Positions 27,259-39,657 of a stretch of 64,000 nt of DNA are shown piece by piece (the first letter of the stretch is position 1; each line of letters starts with the position of its first letter). The notes under the pieces are model-generated. The model was not told the origin of the DNA. It did no database searches and saw nothing but the letters and a program-made list of their open reading frames with translations. The translations under genes were made by a program, and so were the position numbers. This DNA comes from Eledone cirrhosa. Taxonomy: Eukaryota. The DNA lies in assembly GCA_964016885.1 (NCBI GenBank), contig OZ024755.1:5332001-5396000 (forward strand), in the 5' to 3' direction.

Positions 27259-28180
27259 TATAATAATAATAATAATATTTCATTAAATTTATTTGCTAAA
27301 GAATGTTCCTGAAGAATACATGATATTTTTGGAGTGTATTATGATTAACATCACAAAATATCTTTGCTTTCATTTCACTTTGTTAGCTATTATTATTATT
27401 ATAAGAACCACACACACACAACTATAAACATTTCAGAGTATTTTACCTGGGAAGTGATTTCATCTGAGATTGTATTTTAGAAGAGAAAATTTAAATGTCT
27501 AAAAAAAAAATCCTACAAAATCTTTTAAATTCATTTCACATTTCTCGACATCAAAATTTTTGCCACATTGTCATATCTTATTTGTAACTTGGTCATTGAC
27601 ATGGTTTCATCATTATCATCATCACCATTTAATGTCCATTTTTTTCCACACTAGCATGGGTTAGGCAGGTTGTCCTGTTTTCAACAAAAATTTTGATAGT
27701 AAGAAATATATGATAAATTTAATTTAGTTTTATTTTGTGTCATCTATTTTTGGCAGGGATAGCTAAAAAGATAACTCTTCCTCAGTAATTACACACAACC
27801 CTCTCTCTCTATATATATATGTATATGTGTGTGAGGGACATGCTCTGGGAGCTAAATAACCTATGTATCAAATTTGAGCAAAACAAGACAGACAGACATT
27901 TTCGTTTTTATATTTATATATATAGATATATAGTGTTCAGTGCCAGTCTGAAGAGCATATCGGGGCCATAATTTCTATTGGTGACCCTGACCCAATCCTC
28001 TACGAAATGTACATAACAGGTCGATACACAATAACATTTTAAATACATGTATAGGAAACTTCAAATATATATACTACCAAAATTAGATTAAAGATGCCAT
28101 GTCTGAAAATATCAGAAGCATGCGCCATATCAACTTTTATGTATATATGTTAATCAATCGACTTTTAATTTGATATATAT

Positions 28181-28553
28181 CATCATCACCGTTTTACGTC
28201 CGTTCTTCCACGCTAGCAGGCGTTAGACTGGTTGTCCTGTTGTGGGCAGTGTCCGGTCGGATAACCTTGTCTCGCTCATACAGGAACTGATTCTGGCTTG
28301 ATTTCTACAGCTGGATGCCCTTCCTAACACCAACCTCATTTAAAGTGAGTGCTGGGTGATTTTTTTGTCTGTGACGCCTACACATCCACTTTACAGTGTG
28401 GACTGGGTGCTTTTTTGCCGTGGCACCTCCACAACCACTTTGCAGTGGAATGATAGGTACCCCAGTCCCTATCATCTCATTTCTACAGCTGAGTAAACTG
28501 GAGCAATATGAAATAAAGTGTCTTGCTCAAGGGAACAACACATCACCTGGTCT
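28181..28553 (-). mobile_element. SINE family B body with RTE tail
   Basis: Reverse complement of 31785-32041, with a longer tail. Confidence 0.8.
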
Positions 28554-28841
28554 GATATATATATATATATATATAAACTAACCTCCCACATATTTTTAAA
28601 CTATAATTTCTATATAGACTTAAGGCTTTTAAAACTTGTCTTTTGCTGAGCTCACTTTGATTATGACTTAATGAAATGTCAAAATAGATAAGAACAATTG
28701 CATTGTCAATGCAATTTGGGAGTGAAATAATAATTAAATTCTCTCTCCTTCTTTGATAAACATTTAACCAAACCCTTATCTATAGTTTCCGTGGACAAAA
28801 AACAGCTCAGCTGATTTTGCAAACAAGGTTTCTGTTATAGT

Positions 28842-29071
28842 TTAACCCTTTACCATTTACATTACTCTATATTTACTTTTGTATTTTCATGGTAAAAGCT
28901 TTACCTCACACAATTATCTCACATAATATCGAATCTACGAGATTTTGATATTATTTATTTTGAGAACAATACCTTATCATTAGTATGACTGACCAGTTAG
29001 GGCTGGTTTGAACAGAAAGAGGTGAGAGAATTCTGGCCAGATACAGCCAGTTTATATGCTAAAGGGTTCAA
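28842..29071. mobile_element. piggyBac-like MITE family 1
   Basis: Same body and TIRs. Confidence 0.85.
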
Positions 29072-29480
29072 TAATTGACCATATGACCACGTTCAATTTA
29101 CAAGCATGTTTCATAACATACACAGAAAGATTGAAAAATAAAATTGGTCAAGAGAAACCTAACTCTATTCTGATTTTTTATTTTTTTTAATTTTTTTTTT
29201 AGGTCCTTAATAGCTATAGAAATCAAAGGACACTGACAGAGTATTTGGTAATATTTCGGCTGCAAGGATATGGATAATAAAATAAAAAAATAAAACTACC
29301 TTTTCTCCCTTCCATTCCATTTTCCTATCAAACCTGTTTTATTTTACTCCCTTTCTCTTCAACTCTTCTTACAAACATTTCAAACCCTAAACTTTTCAGT
29401 AGACAAACTTTGTGCTAAAGACTCCCAACACACAGACTGCTTAATCTATATAAACTTATTGACTTTCATTATTTCTTTTA

Positions 29481-29649
29481 GGGCGGTGGAGGGTTGGACG
29501 CCATGCTTTCCAGCATAGTTACATCCCTTTACCATCTGAGTTCAAATCCCGCCGAGGTTGACTTTGCCTTTCATCCTTACGGGGTCGATAAAATAAAGTA
29601 CCTGTAATGTACTGGGTAATTGCTGGCCTTGTGCCAAAAGTAGAAACAA
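29481..29649 (+). mobile_element. SINE family A with 12-bp TSD
   Basis: TSD ttatttctttta at 29469-29480 and 29650-29661. Confidence 0.9.
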
Positions 29650-30777
29650 TTATTTCTTTTATTGGAAATCATCATGAACACACTATAGTTATTTCTTCTA
29701 TTGTTCCACTAAGATCTATCTATCTTCTCTCACCCCACTTCACCCCAGCCCAAGTCTGAGTCTGTTTACAGACCAACCAACTAAGATTGTTTTGTTTAGC
29801 CATGTTTCTGCTAGAAAGAGTTAATTAGTAATTAACTAAGTCTTAAATCAAACTGAACAGTTTTAGAAACAAATTAATTACTGATAACTGGTGGATTAAT
29901 TTAATACTTTGTGGCAGACATGTGCTAGACATGTGCTAGACATGTGGAATTTGAAAGCTGCGGATTTTAATAGATATAATTTAGTGAAAGTTAGATTGAA
30001 GTAGTACATTGCTTCTGAAGAACAGTGTATAATCATGCACACACACACACGTCGGAGCAAGGTACAGCATAGCCAATTCTGGCCTCCGACATGAATGACC
30101 TGTCTAACACATGAAAGCATGAAAAAAATGGACGCTAAACGGTGAAGATAAATACATACATATATATATATATATATACAGACACACATCCCTGCATTTA
30201 GCATGTATGTATATATATATATATGTTGGAGATATCCCAGTTTCCTGAGTTGCCTTCTCCTAGAAGAATGCCCTGACAAAGGCTAGGGGTCCTTCACTCC
30301 CGAACGATCAGGTATCCAGCCCCACTATTTCTATGTCACCGTGCATACACATACATATGGGATTGGCTCAGTGCACAGTCTTTCTTCACTTTAAAAAAAA
30401 TCTTTGCGCACAGGTATTGCATGATGGAATTAATTAATAATTACTAATAATGGTATATCGTGCAATGACCATACTCGATAACGAGGGGGCAGCCATCATA
30501 TATATTTATACACACACACACACACACATCCCTGCATTTAGCATGTGTATGTGTGTGTTTGTGTGCGCTTTTGCGTGTGTGTGTGGCAAATATATCGAAA
30601 CTAATATTATGAAATGAGAATAGAACAAATGTCATAAATGAAAGACAGAGTTCTTTGTTATTGCTAATTTTCGTTTCTGGTGGAATGGAAGGAAATAACT
30701 GGAATTGATAATAGAAAGATAATGAAACAGGCAGCAAAGATATATAGAGTAACCACAGAATGTAATGTTACAATATT

Positions 30778-31418
30778 AAGAAAATCTCAGGAGAACTGAA
30801 CAGCAGAAGGTCTTCAGAGAAGAAACTCTCGGGGGAGCTGGACAGCAGAAGGTCTTCAGAGAAGAAACTCTCGGGGAAGCTGGACAGCAGAAGGTCTTCA
30901 GAGAAGAAACTCTCGGGGGAGCTGGACAGCAGAAGGTCTTCAGAGAAGAAACTCTCGGGGGAGCTGGACAGCAGAAGGTCTTCAGAGAAGAAACTCTCGA
31001 GGGAGCTGGACAGCAGAAGGTCTTCAGAGAAGAAACTCTCGGGGGAGCTGGACAGCAGAAGGTCTTCAGAGAAGAAACTCTCGGGGGAGCTGGACAGCAG
31101 AAGGTCTTCAGAGAAGAAACTCTCAGGGGAGCTGGACAGCAGAAGGTCTTCAGAGAAGACACTCTCGGGAGAGCTGGACAACAAAAGGTCTTCAGAGAAG
31201 ACACTCTCGGGAGAGCTGGACAACAAAAGGTCTTCAGAGAAGACACTCTCGGGAGAGCTGGACAACAAAAGGTCTTCAGAGAAGACACTCTCGGGAGAGC
31301 TGGACAACAAAAGGTCTTCAGAGAAGACACTCTCGGGAGAGCTGGACAGCAGAAGGTCTTCAGAGAAGACACTCTCAGGAGAGCTGGACAGCAGAAGGTC
31401 TTCAGAGGAGAAACTCTC
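30778..31418. repeat. 42-bp minisatellite, about 15 units
   Basis: agaagaaactctcgggggagctggacagcagaaggtcttcag. Confidence 0.97.
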
Positions 31419-31784
31419 CTCTCAAACAACTGTTTTGGGCCCTAACTTTCATAAATATATACGTAAAGATTAAACTTAAAATTTATCTTGTTAATGTTTA
31501 ATTAAGCCACCAAACTGGAATATGAGATAGATGTTCACTATGATTTAGTTATATAAGGAAAGGTGAAATATATGGTTGAATTATCTACATATCATCTCTA
31601 CTGTCTGTATTTTACACCAAAATAATGTTATTTTCTGTGTAAATATAGAAAAGTCGATTGTTTGTTATTTAAAAACACACTAAAGAGGAAATCTATATTT
31701 TCTCTCTCAAATCACTTTAAATAATTACATATGCATATATTATATATGGATATATGTACATTTACATACATACACATACATTCT

Positions 31785-32041
31785 CAGACTGGGTGATGTG
31801 TTGTTTCCTTGAGCAAGACACTTTATTTCACATTGCTCCAGTTTACTCAGCTGTAGAAATGAGATGATAGGGACTGGGGTCCCTATCATTCCACTGCAAA
31901 GTAGTCATGTAGGTGCCACGGCAAAAAAGCACCCAGCACTCACTGTAAATGAGGTTGGTGTAGAAATCAAGCCAGAATCAGTTCCCGCCCCACCCTTGCA
32001 AGCAGGGAAAAGTGGACGTAAGATGATGATGATGATGATGA
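31785..32041 (+). mobile_element. SINE family B body joined to an RTE (GAT)n tail
   Basis: ccttgagcaagacac...ctgtagaaatgag, then RTE 3'UTR and gatgatgat. Confidence 0.8.
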
Positions 32042-32119
32042 TATAATGTTCCCTAGAAGACAATCGATGAGTGGGAATTGTCCAAGAGTCTGTTCTTTCT
32101 GAGATTTCTGCTTCCTGTA

Positions 32120-32353
32120 TATGTCCCATGCTCACCAATCTCCCCTCTACATACCACTGATGTGGTCCAATTGAAAGGCAAAGGCTGATACAGCTTGGCA
32201 CCAGAGTCATTGCAGCTCATTTATACAGCTGAGTGAACTGGAGCAATGTGAAATAAAGTGTCTTGCTCAATGACACAACACACTGCCTGGGCTGGGAATC
32301 AAAATCACAACCTCATGACTGTGAATACAATGTTCAAACCGCTAAGCCATGTG
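32120..32353 (-). mobile_element. SINE family B head with alternative 3' body (related fragments 4397-4600, 23390-23530)
   Basis: Shared ccaagctgtatc..ttgcctttc..ggagagg body. Confidence 0.7.
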
Positions 32354-32363
32354 TTTTCATGCA

Positions 32364-32450
<87 letters not shown>

Positions 32451-32455
<5 letters not shown>

Positions 32456-32703
32456 AGTGACATATACAGGTACTTAAGTTTTGTTGGGTTATATACCTCA
32501 ACTCATTCAGCCTCTTATATAAAATAAAAATGAATGAGTTGGGATGTATAACCCAACAAAACTTAACTACCTGTATATGTTACTGTTGTAACTAATACTT
32601 AACTACCTATATATGTTACTGTTGTTACTGTTGTAACTAATACTTAACTCGTCCGATGGACTGAGTGCTCTTACCCTTGGATATTTATACCAAACTTCTA
32701 CTG

Positions 32704-32708
<5 letters not shown>
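32451..32708 (+). mobile_element. Fold-back element with tail hairpin
   Basis: Arms about 32451-32509 and 32531-32589; lies between (CA)n and (TA)n. Confidence 0.6.
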
Positions 32709-32738
<30 letters not shown>

Positions 32739-32742
<4 letters not shown>

Positions 32743-33117
32743 GAGTTAAACAAGATTCAATGATTACACGAAAGAATGAGTTTTACAGTAGATTGGAAGC
32801 ACTCTACAAAAAAATATTTTTCAGAGTTATTAATATTAAAATTCAAATCTTAATAAAATAGATGTTCTTGTGATCAATTAAATTTTATTATACATATTTC
32901 AGAGGTACTTGAATTAGGTTCAACAGTACATCATCATCAGATAAAATAAAATGATACATGACATACCCTGAGGTGTTAGATGGTTAATATTTAACCATCT
33001 AACACCTCAGGGTATGTCATGTACTGTTGAACCTAATTCAAGTACCTCTGAAATATGTATAATAAAATTTAATTGATCACAAGAACATCTATTTTATTAA
33101 GATTTGAATTTTAATAT
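32739..33117 (-). mobile_element. Penelope-like fold-back element
   Basis: Palindrome 32833-33117 centred at 32989; tail to the left. Confidence 0.75.
32882..32947 (-). ncRNA. Type-I hammerhead ribozyme
   Basis: ATTTTAT CTGATGA (long stem II) GAAA TATGTATA ATAAAAT. Confidence 0.7.
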
Positions 33118-34000
33118 ATATATATATATATACTACTTCAGTATTCATGGCATCCTGATTTGGTGGTATGGATATTTATATATTGGGCATTAAACTCCCC
33201 CCTTTTCCATCCCTCACCTCCTCTTCACCAATAAAATATAACAACAGAGAATGAAGTAAATATAAATTTGTAAAATGAAGTCAACAAACAGTAAACAAAA
33301 GTGTAAACAAAAGAGTAAACAACTATAATACAATTTCTGAATGGTTATTTACCTTTTCTATATTGTTGTCATGAGAAAGCATTCACATCTGTCCTGTTCC
33401 AATTGCTTATAGTTAATGGTGTAATGGATTAGATTCTATATATAGACACACATTAGGATCACTTCTATCACTGCTTATACCACTGGAAAACTATTTTCTG
33501 TTTTCTGACGAGCACACACACACACATATATATATATACACACACACGAGTATACAAATATAGACATATAGGTGTAGTAATATATATATATATATATATA
33601 TGCATGAGTTTTAATATTTAAATATGTGTATATTTCTTTCATTACACACACACACACACACACACACGAGCAGAAAAGAAACCCTCAGCAAGGATCAAAC
33701 GTAATTATTCTGTCTGAGAATAATGGTTGCAACATCTTTCTGATTCTGGTGATTGTGGCAGAGATAACGGACGGAAAAATGGTCCTACAAATTAATGTGA
33801 TAGTGAGGATGATAAAACTGGCTGTTTTTGAACAGTAGTGTGAATAAGCCAGAAGCAGGGCTGGACCTTTACCTCACCTGTTGAAGCCCTAAGCTATATG
33901 AAAGTTGAGGCCCTTCTATAAAAAAATTAGAGTAAAAAAAAACCTTAAATGATTATACATGGTTATTTTTTATATTAATGTTACTGATAAAGAACTATAT

Positions 34001-35298
34001 ATCATCATCATCATCATCATCAGGTTTAGCGTCCGTGTTCCACGCTTGCATGGGTTTGGACGGGGGTTTTCCCACTTGAGGCAAGAGTGGTTGTCTTGCT
34101 CGCATAGGACTGTCTGGCGGGTTTTCTACAGTTGGATGCCCTTCCTAACACCAACCACATTTACAGTGTGGGGCTGGGAGGTTTTTACCGTGTTGCCTAC
34201 ACGGCCACATTACAGCGTGGACTGTCTGGCGGGTTTTCTACAGCTGGATGCCCTTCCTAACACCAACCACATTTACAGTGTGGGGCTGGGAGGTTTTTAC
34301 CGTGTTGCCTGGGGTGGAGGTGGTGGGACGGGGGGGTGTTTTGATAGAGATGCCTACTGACTGTAGTAGGTTTTTACTTTGTATTTAGGTAAGGCGGGTC
34401 TTCTCTATTACTGAGTACCGCCAAAGGTCTCGGTACAGTGACATTGTCTTGGAGAGGTGTAAGCGTGTGAGGTCGGAATTTATCAGCTCGTCCCATGTTT
34501 TTCTGGGTCTGCCTACTCCGTGGCTACCGTCTATCTTTCTTGCCCTGCACTTTGTTATACAGCTGTCGTCTTTCATGCGCATCACGTGACCGTACCAACG
34601 TAGCCTTCTCTCGAGTAAACAACATCTGATCCCTCTTATTTCTAATTTTTTCCTTAGTTCGTTTATGCTTTGCCGTTCACGTATATTACTATTGCACATC
34701 CAGCGGAGCATGCAAGCTTCGTTCCTCTCTAGTCTGCGTATATCCTCTGCACACAATGCCCAGGTCTCACTGCCATGCAGCATTGCTGTTCGTATGCAGG
34801 CATCGTATAACCTGCCTTTCATTTTTAGGGAGAACCCTCTAGCGGCTAATAGTGGTATAAGCTCTCTGAACTTTTTCCATCCAGTTCTGACTCTAGCTAC
34901 TGTACTTTCAGAGCACCCTCCCCCACTGCTGATTTTGTCACCCAGGTAACGGAAGCTGTCCACTATTTCTATAGAACCCTCTGCGCAGTTGAGGGAGCTA
35001 GTATTTTGTGGGCACTTGCTGCTACTTATTGCACCAGAGCACCGGCCACATGTAAAATCTATGTTCTTAGTTAGCTTACCTGTGATCCCACTACATCTTT
35101 TATGCACCCATACTTTGCATTTGGGACATAAAATGGAGTTTCTACCTACGCCTTTCCTACACACTGAGCATGGCCATTTCCCAGATGGGACTGCCACCTT
35201 ATTTTTTTTCCTACAAACTAGAACTTTAGTCTTAGCCAGGTTAATTTTAAGGCCTTTTGATTCTAGGCCGTGCTTCCATGTTTGGAATTTCTTCTCTA
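34001..35298 (-). mobile_element. Second 5'-truncated RTE LINE with 3'UTR and (GAT)n tail
   Basis: ORF 34385-35197 (PHD-like finger, FRYLG, GSETW, GRPRKTW); internally duplicated 3'UTR; (CAT)n on + at 34001-34021. Confidence 0.93.
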
Positions 35299-35317
35299 GT
35301 TATATATATAAATAACG

Positions 35318-35478
35318 TGATTGGTGTTAGGAAGAGCATCCAGCTGTAAACATCCCAGCCAAAATACAGTTCCATCTGGGCCAGGTATGGTGCAACTAAC
35401 TGACCAGGCTTGTCTCGTGACATAGGCGACCCGTCTAACCCATGCAAGCATGGAAAAATAAATGTTAAACGATGATAA
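35318..35478 (+). mobile_element. RTE 3'-tail fragment
   Basis: ttggtgttaggaagagcatccagctgta...aacccatgcaagcatggaaaa...gatgat, matching the 3'UTR of the RTE at 34001. Confidence 0.75.
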
Positions 35479-35647
35479 TGGACACACTGGAAGAGAAAGA
35501 CCGAGATTAACATATGTTGATGCCCTAAGGACAGACACTGGTCTCTTGGAGATGCAGGACATGGCAGCAATAATGAGGGACAGAGACCGCCGGAGAGAAC
35601 TAGTCCATGGATCTCGGGAATTTTACCCGCCCTAGATATATATATAT

Positions 35648-35815
35648 ATATCACATAAGAAATGGAGAATCAGTGGTGTGATGAATTAATAAATTTTAAT
35701 TTGCCGCACCACTGATTCTCCATTTCTTATGTGATATTATACTCTGCTCTGTAAGAGCATCGAGTGCTCAAACAGCCTACCATATACGGATGCTTTAAGC
35801 ATCCCACACCAATTA
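35648..35815 (+). mobile_element. Fold-back element with tail hairpin
   Basis: Arms about 35648-35680 and 35705-35737; (TA)n flanks. Confidence 0.6.
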
Positions 35816-36199
35816 TATATATATAATATCATTTTTTATGATTTAATATTAACGAATAAAAACGAATGAAAAAATGAAAATATATATTTAAAAATGAGGC
35901 CTCCCGAGGGTGTGTGGCCCTAAACTATAACTTATTTAGCTTATGAGTAAGTCTAGCATTGGTCAGCAGGCTGCCTCACATTTCCATCTCCTTGGAACCA
36001 CAGATAAGGTTTGGCTCAAACTGACTTTTATCTGACATAACATACAGTTAGATCTCAGGACTTCATTCATGAAAATAAAACATCACAACCAACTGGCCAT
36101 GTCTGTTGTTGTTGTTATTGTTGTTACAGCTCACACCTATGTAGGTTCAGCTGGCCTCCTCCTAGGTATATCTCGTTGGAGGTGTCTTGGGTGATTTAA

Positions 36200-36367
36200 T
36201 GATAGGGACTCCAGTCCTATCATCTCATTTCTACAGCTGAGTAAAATGGAGCAACGTGAAATAAAGTGTCTTGCTCAAGGAAACAGCACATCACCCGGTC
36301 CGAGAATTGAACTCACAACCTTTCGATTGCAAGCCTAATGCTCTAACCACTAAGCCATGCACCTTCA
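36200..36367 (-). mobile_element. tRNA-derived SINE family B (CORE-like body)
   Basis: A box tggcttagtgg and B box gagttcaattc on -, then ccttgagcaagacactttatttcac. Confidence 0.8.
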
Positions 36368-36729
36368 CTGGCCATGTCTGCATCCTCTTACAAATCCATA
36401 AACACACATATGCACATGCATGCTTGCACACACATACACATGCATTAGCACACACACATGTAGACATACACGTATGCATGCATACCCACACATACACATG
36501 TAGACACATATGCATGCATACACATACAAACATGCACATGTAGACATGAACGCATGCACACACATACACATGTTGGTCGGCTGATGTTTATGACAACTAT
36601 TCCAGTTTAATCAAAGATACAGCCTGCTTGTGAAATTAATGTGCATGTGGCCCTTTAACATAGTTCTCAGGGAGATTCAGCAGGATAGAGTCTGTGACAA
36701 GGCTGGTCCTTTGAATTACAGGTACAATG

Positions 36730-37345
36730 GGAGGTCGGGTACTCTGTATTACTGCGTGACGCCAGAGGTCGTGGTCGTGTGTCATCGCCTTTGAGAGGTG
36801 TAATTGGGTAAGGTCGGCTTTTATCACCTCATCCCAGGTCATCTTATGTCTCCCCACTCCGCGGTTTCCATCGACTTCTAGTGCTCTGCACCTTTTTATG
36901 CAGCTGTCATCCTTCATACGCATCACATGTCCATACCAACGCATCCGCCTCTCCTGCAAACAGCATTTGATTCCTCTTATGCTCAGTCTCTCTCTCAATT
37001 CATTTATGCTTTGTTGTTCGCGTATATTACTATTACACATCCATAGGAGCATGCAGGCTTCGTTTCTCTCTAATCTACGTAAGTCTTCCACCTTCAGCAC
37101 CCAGGTCTCACTACCATGCCACATCGCTGTTCGGATACACGCATCATACAGTCTGCCTTTCATTTTGAGGGAGAAGCCTTTTGCAGCTAGCAGTGGTAGT
37201 AGTTCCCTAAACTTCTTCCATCCCGTTCTTACCCTAGTTATTGTACTTTCTGAACACCCACCGCCGCTGCTAATTCGGTCACCTAAGTAGCAGAAGCTGT
37301 CTACTGTTTCTACAGAGCCCTCCCAGAGATTGGTGGTACTTGTTT
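36730..37345 (-). pseudogene. RTE ORF C-terminal part (after frameshift)
   Basis: VDSFCYLG, KGRLYDACIR, HGSETW and RWYGHVMR; collinear with the copy at 34385-35298. Confidence 0.9.
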
Positions 37346-38749
37346 CCTGTGGCCGTTTGCTGTCCCAGCACAGCTGCTGCATGTGAAGCCTACATTCTTA
37401 ATTAAGCTTCCTGAGATCCCGCTACATCTCTTGTGTACCCATTGTTTGCATTTGGGGCAGAAAATGGAGTTCCTACCTACACCTTTCCTACATACTGAGC
37501 AAGGCCATTTCCCTGAGGGGATCTGGGTTCTGTCTTCTCGTCTACTTACACGGACCTTAGTCTTTGTCATGTTGACTTTGAGACCCTTTCTTTCTAGTCC
37601 CTGCTTCCAAGTTTGGAATTTCTTCTCTAGTTCTACCATAGATTCAGCTATAAGTGCGAGGTCATCAGCATAGAGGAGTTCCCATGGGCATCCAGTCTTA
37701 AACTCCTCCGTTATTGCCTGCAGGACTATGATGAACAGGTGGGGGCTAAGAACAGAGCCCTGGTGGACCCCAACCTGTACACTAAATTCCTCGCTATACT
37801 CATTGCTAATCCTAACTTTGCTGACTGCTCCCCTATACATGGCTTGTACAGCTTTCACAAGCCATTCATCTACTCCTAGTTTTCTAAGAGCCCACCAGAT
37901 TACAGCACGTGGAACTCTGTCAAAGGCTTTCTCAAGATCGATGAATGCCAGGTAGAGTGGCTTACTTTTAGCTAGGTACTTTTCCTGTAACTGCCTCACA
38001 AGGAAGAGGGCATCAGTGGTGCCTCTTCCTGGTACAAACCCAAATTGCATCTCATCTAGTTTCACCCGGTCCCTAATCAACAGTGCTATAACTCTTTCTG
38101 TTACTTTCATGACCTGGTCCATCAGCTTTATACCTCTATAATTTCCTCTATCGAGTGCATCACCTTTACCTTTGTAGCAGTTGACAATGATGCTACTGCA
38201 CCAATCTTTTGGTATGACACCTTCTAGTATTATCTGGTTAACAATACGTGTGGTTATAGTGTGACCTACAGACCCAGATGCCTTCAGCATCTCGGCAGCT
38301 ATACCCGATGGACCGGTTGCCTTCCCCATCTTCATATCTTTGATTGCCTTACTTACTACGCTGCTGCTGACTTGTACTGCTGGCCCCTCTATAGGGTCTA
38401 CTTGGGGTAGGGTCTCTTCTTCCCATGCATTCTCCTCATTTAGTAATCTATCATAATGACTCTTCCATGCATCTTTCTTCTCAGCACTTGTGAGGGCAAG
38501 CTCACCTTTATCATTCCGGACACACTTCTCTCCAATGACATCACAATTCTCTCTGATACACTGCCTCGCAATCTTGCACACCTCCTGTTTCTGGTCCTCA
38601 CGTTGCAAAACATGCTTGAATTTTCTATCCTCTGCTTCCTTCCTAGCTAAGTATACTTGTCGCCTGGCTTCCCTCTTGGTCTCTATGTAATGTACCCTGC
38701 TCCCCCCCCCCATTCTTCCATGCCTGTCTCTTGGCCTTAACTGCCTCAT
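37310..38749 (-). pseudogene. RTE reverse transcriptase domain plus PHD-like C4HC3 finger (disrupted ORF)
   Basis: 479-aa ORF with YADD catalytic motif followed by CSVC..CPKC..H..C..CSSC. Confidence 0.92.
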
Positions 38750-39373
38750 CTACCTTATTGTTCCACCACCAAGTCACTCTCCTCCTGCTTGTGGTCTTAC
38801 TCCAGCCACAGACCTCATCCGTCGCCTCTAGTAAGTTATTTTTTAGGAATTCCCAGTGCTCTTCTACATTGAATGTCTCTATCTGTTCTTCTTAACTGTC
38901 GTAGGCGTTGAGTAAAATATCTTTACACTTACACTTTTACATAAATAAATGCATAACCAGGTATAAGTTTTGACTATTGAAGCTCACACCAGCTACGGGT
39001 AATACAAATATACATCTATATGCTTAGAAAAATATATATACATATATAGAGAAATATTAAACATAATTTACAGTGAACATTCTCAAAACTAATTAAATAT
39101 TAACCAATTAAATAAAATAAATTTTTACTTATATAGCCCATGAACTTGAAATTTTGTTAATAAATTAAATATGACCTGTTTACATGTCTAAATAGTGAAT
39201 GTGTAAATTTATATATACATTTATGCAGTCGCAGTTATGTCTGTACAGTACAGTGTGTATATATATATATATATATATATAGTACAGTGTGCATATATAT
39301 ATATATATAGTACAGTCTGTATATATATATATATATAGTACAGTCTGTATATATATATATATATATAGTACAG

Positions 39374-39425
<52 letters not shown>

Positions 39426-39537
39426 AGTCTGTGATTATATATATATATATATATATATACATACATACAGTTACCAATTTACCTGTTATTATTATAAATT
39501 TATATTTTGGTAATGGCTTTTTTGTTACCATTTTTAG

Positions 39538-39657
39538 ATTTGGGATACTCACGCACAGAACTCTTCAACAACAACAATAAAAGACAAAACGGTTTGGACA
39601 CACAAGCTGAGGAAATGTATACATCTAAAATGAAACTTTAAGAGAAGAAATATTTTG
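39538..39657 (+). other. Candidate 120-nt non-coding exon
   Basis: Acceptor ttttgttaccatttttag, donor gtaagt; stops in all three frames. Confidence 0.25.

Larger units (their letters stand above)
33856..35961. mobile_element. hAT-like MITE split by nested insertions
   Basis: Imperfect TIR cagggctggac / gtctagcattg; 8-bp flanks gccagaag / gtcagcag (6 of 8 match). Confidence 0.5.
36728..38925 (-). mobile_element. RTE-clade non-LTR retrotransposon, 5'-truncated and frameshifted
   Basis: RT motifs NYRGIKL, QFGFVPGRGTTDA, FIDLEKAFDRV, GVHQGSVLSP and LLYADDL, plus C-terminal RWYGHVMR. Frameshifts near 37340 and at the poly-C near 38705; in-frame stop near 38892; no endonuclease domain. Confidence 0.95.

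Noticed and set aside
36290-36367. tRNA gene
   Set aside because: The A/B boxes belong to SINE heads that continue into SINE bodies; there is no clean cloverleaf or terminator.
34665-38690. Plus-strand ORFs overlapping the RTE copies
   Set aside because: Antisense shadows of the RT coding frame.
36728-38925. Active autonomous LINE
   Set aside because: Lacks endonuclease and 5' end, has two frameshifts and a stop, and its 3' tail is missing.
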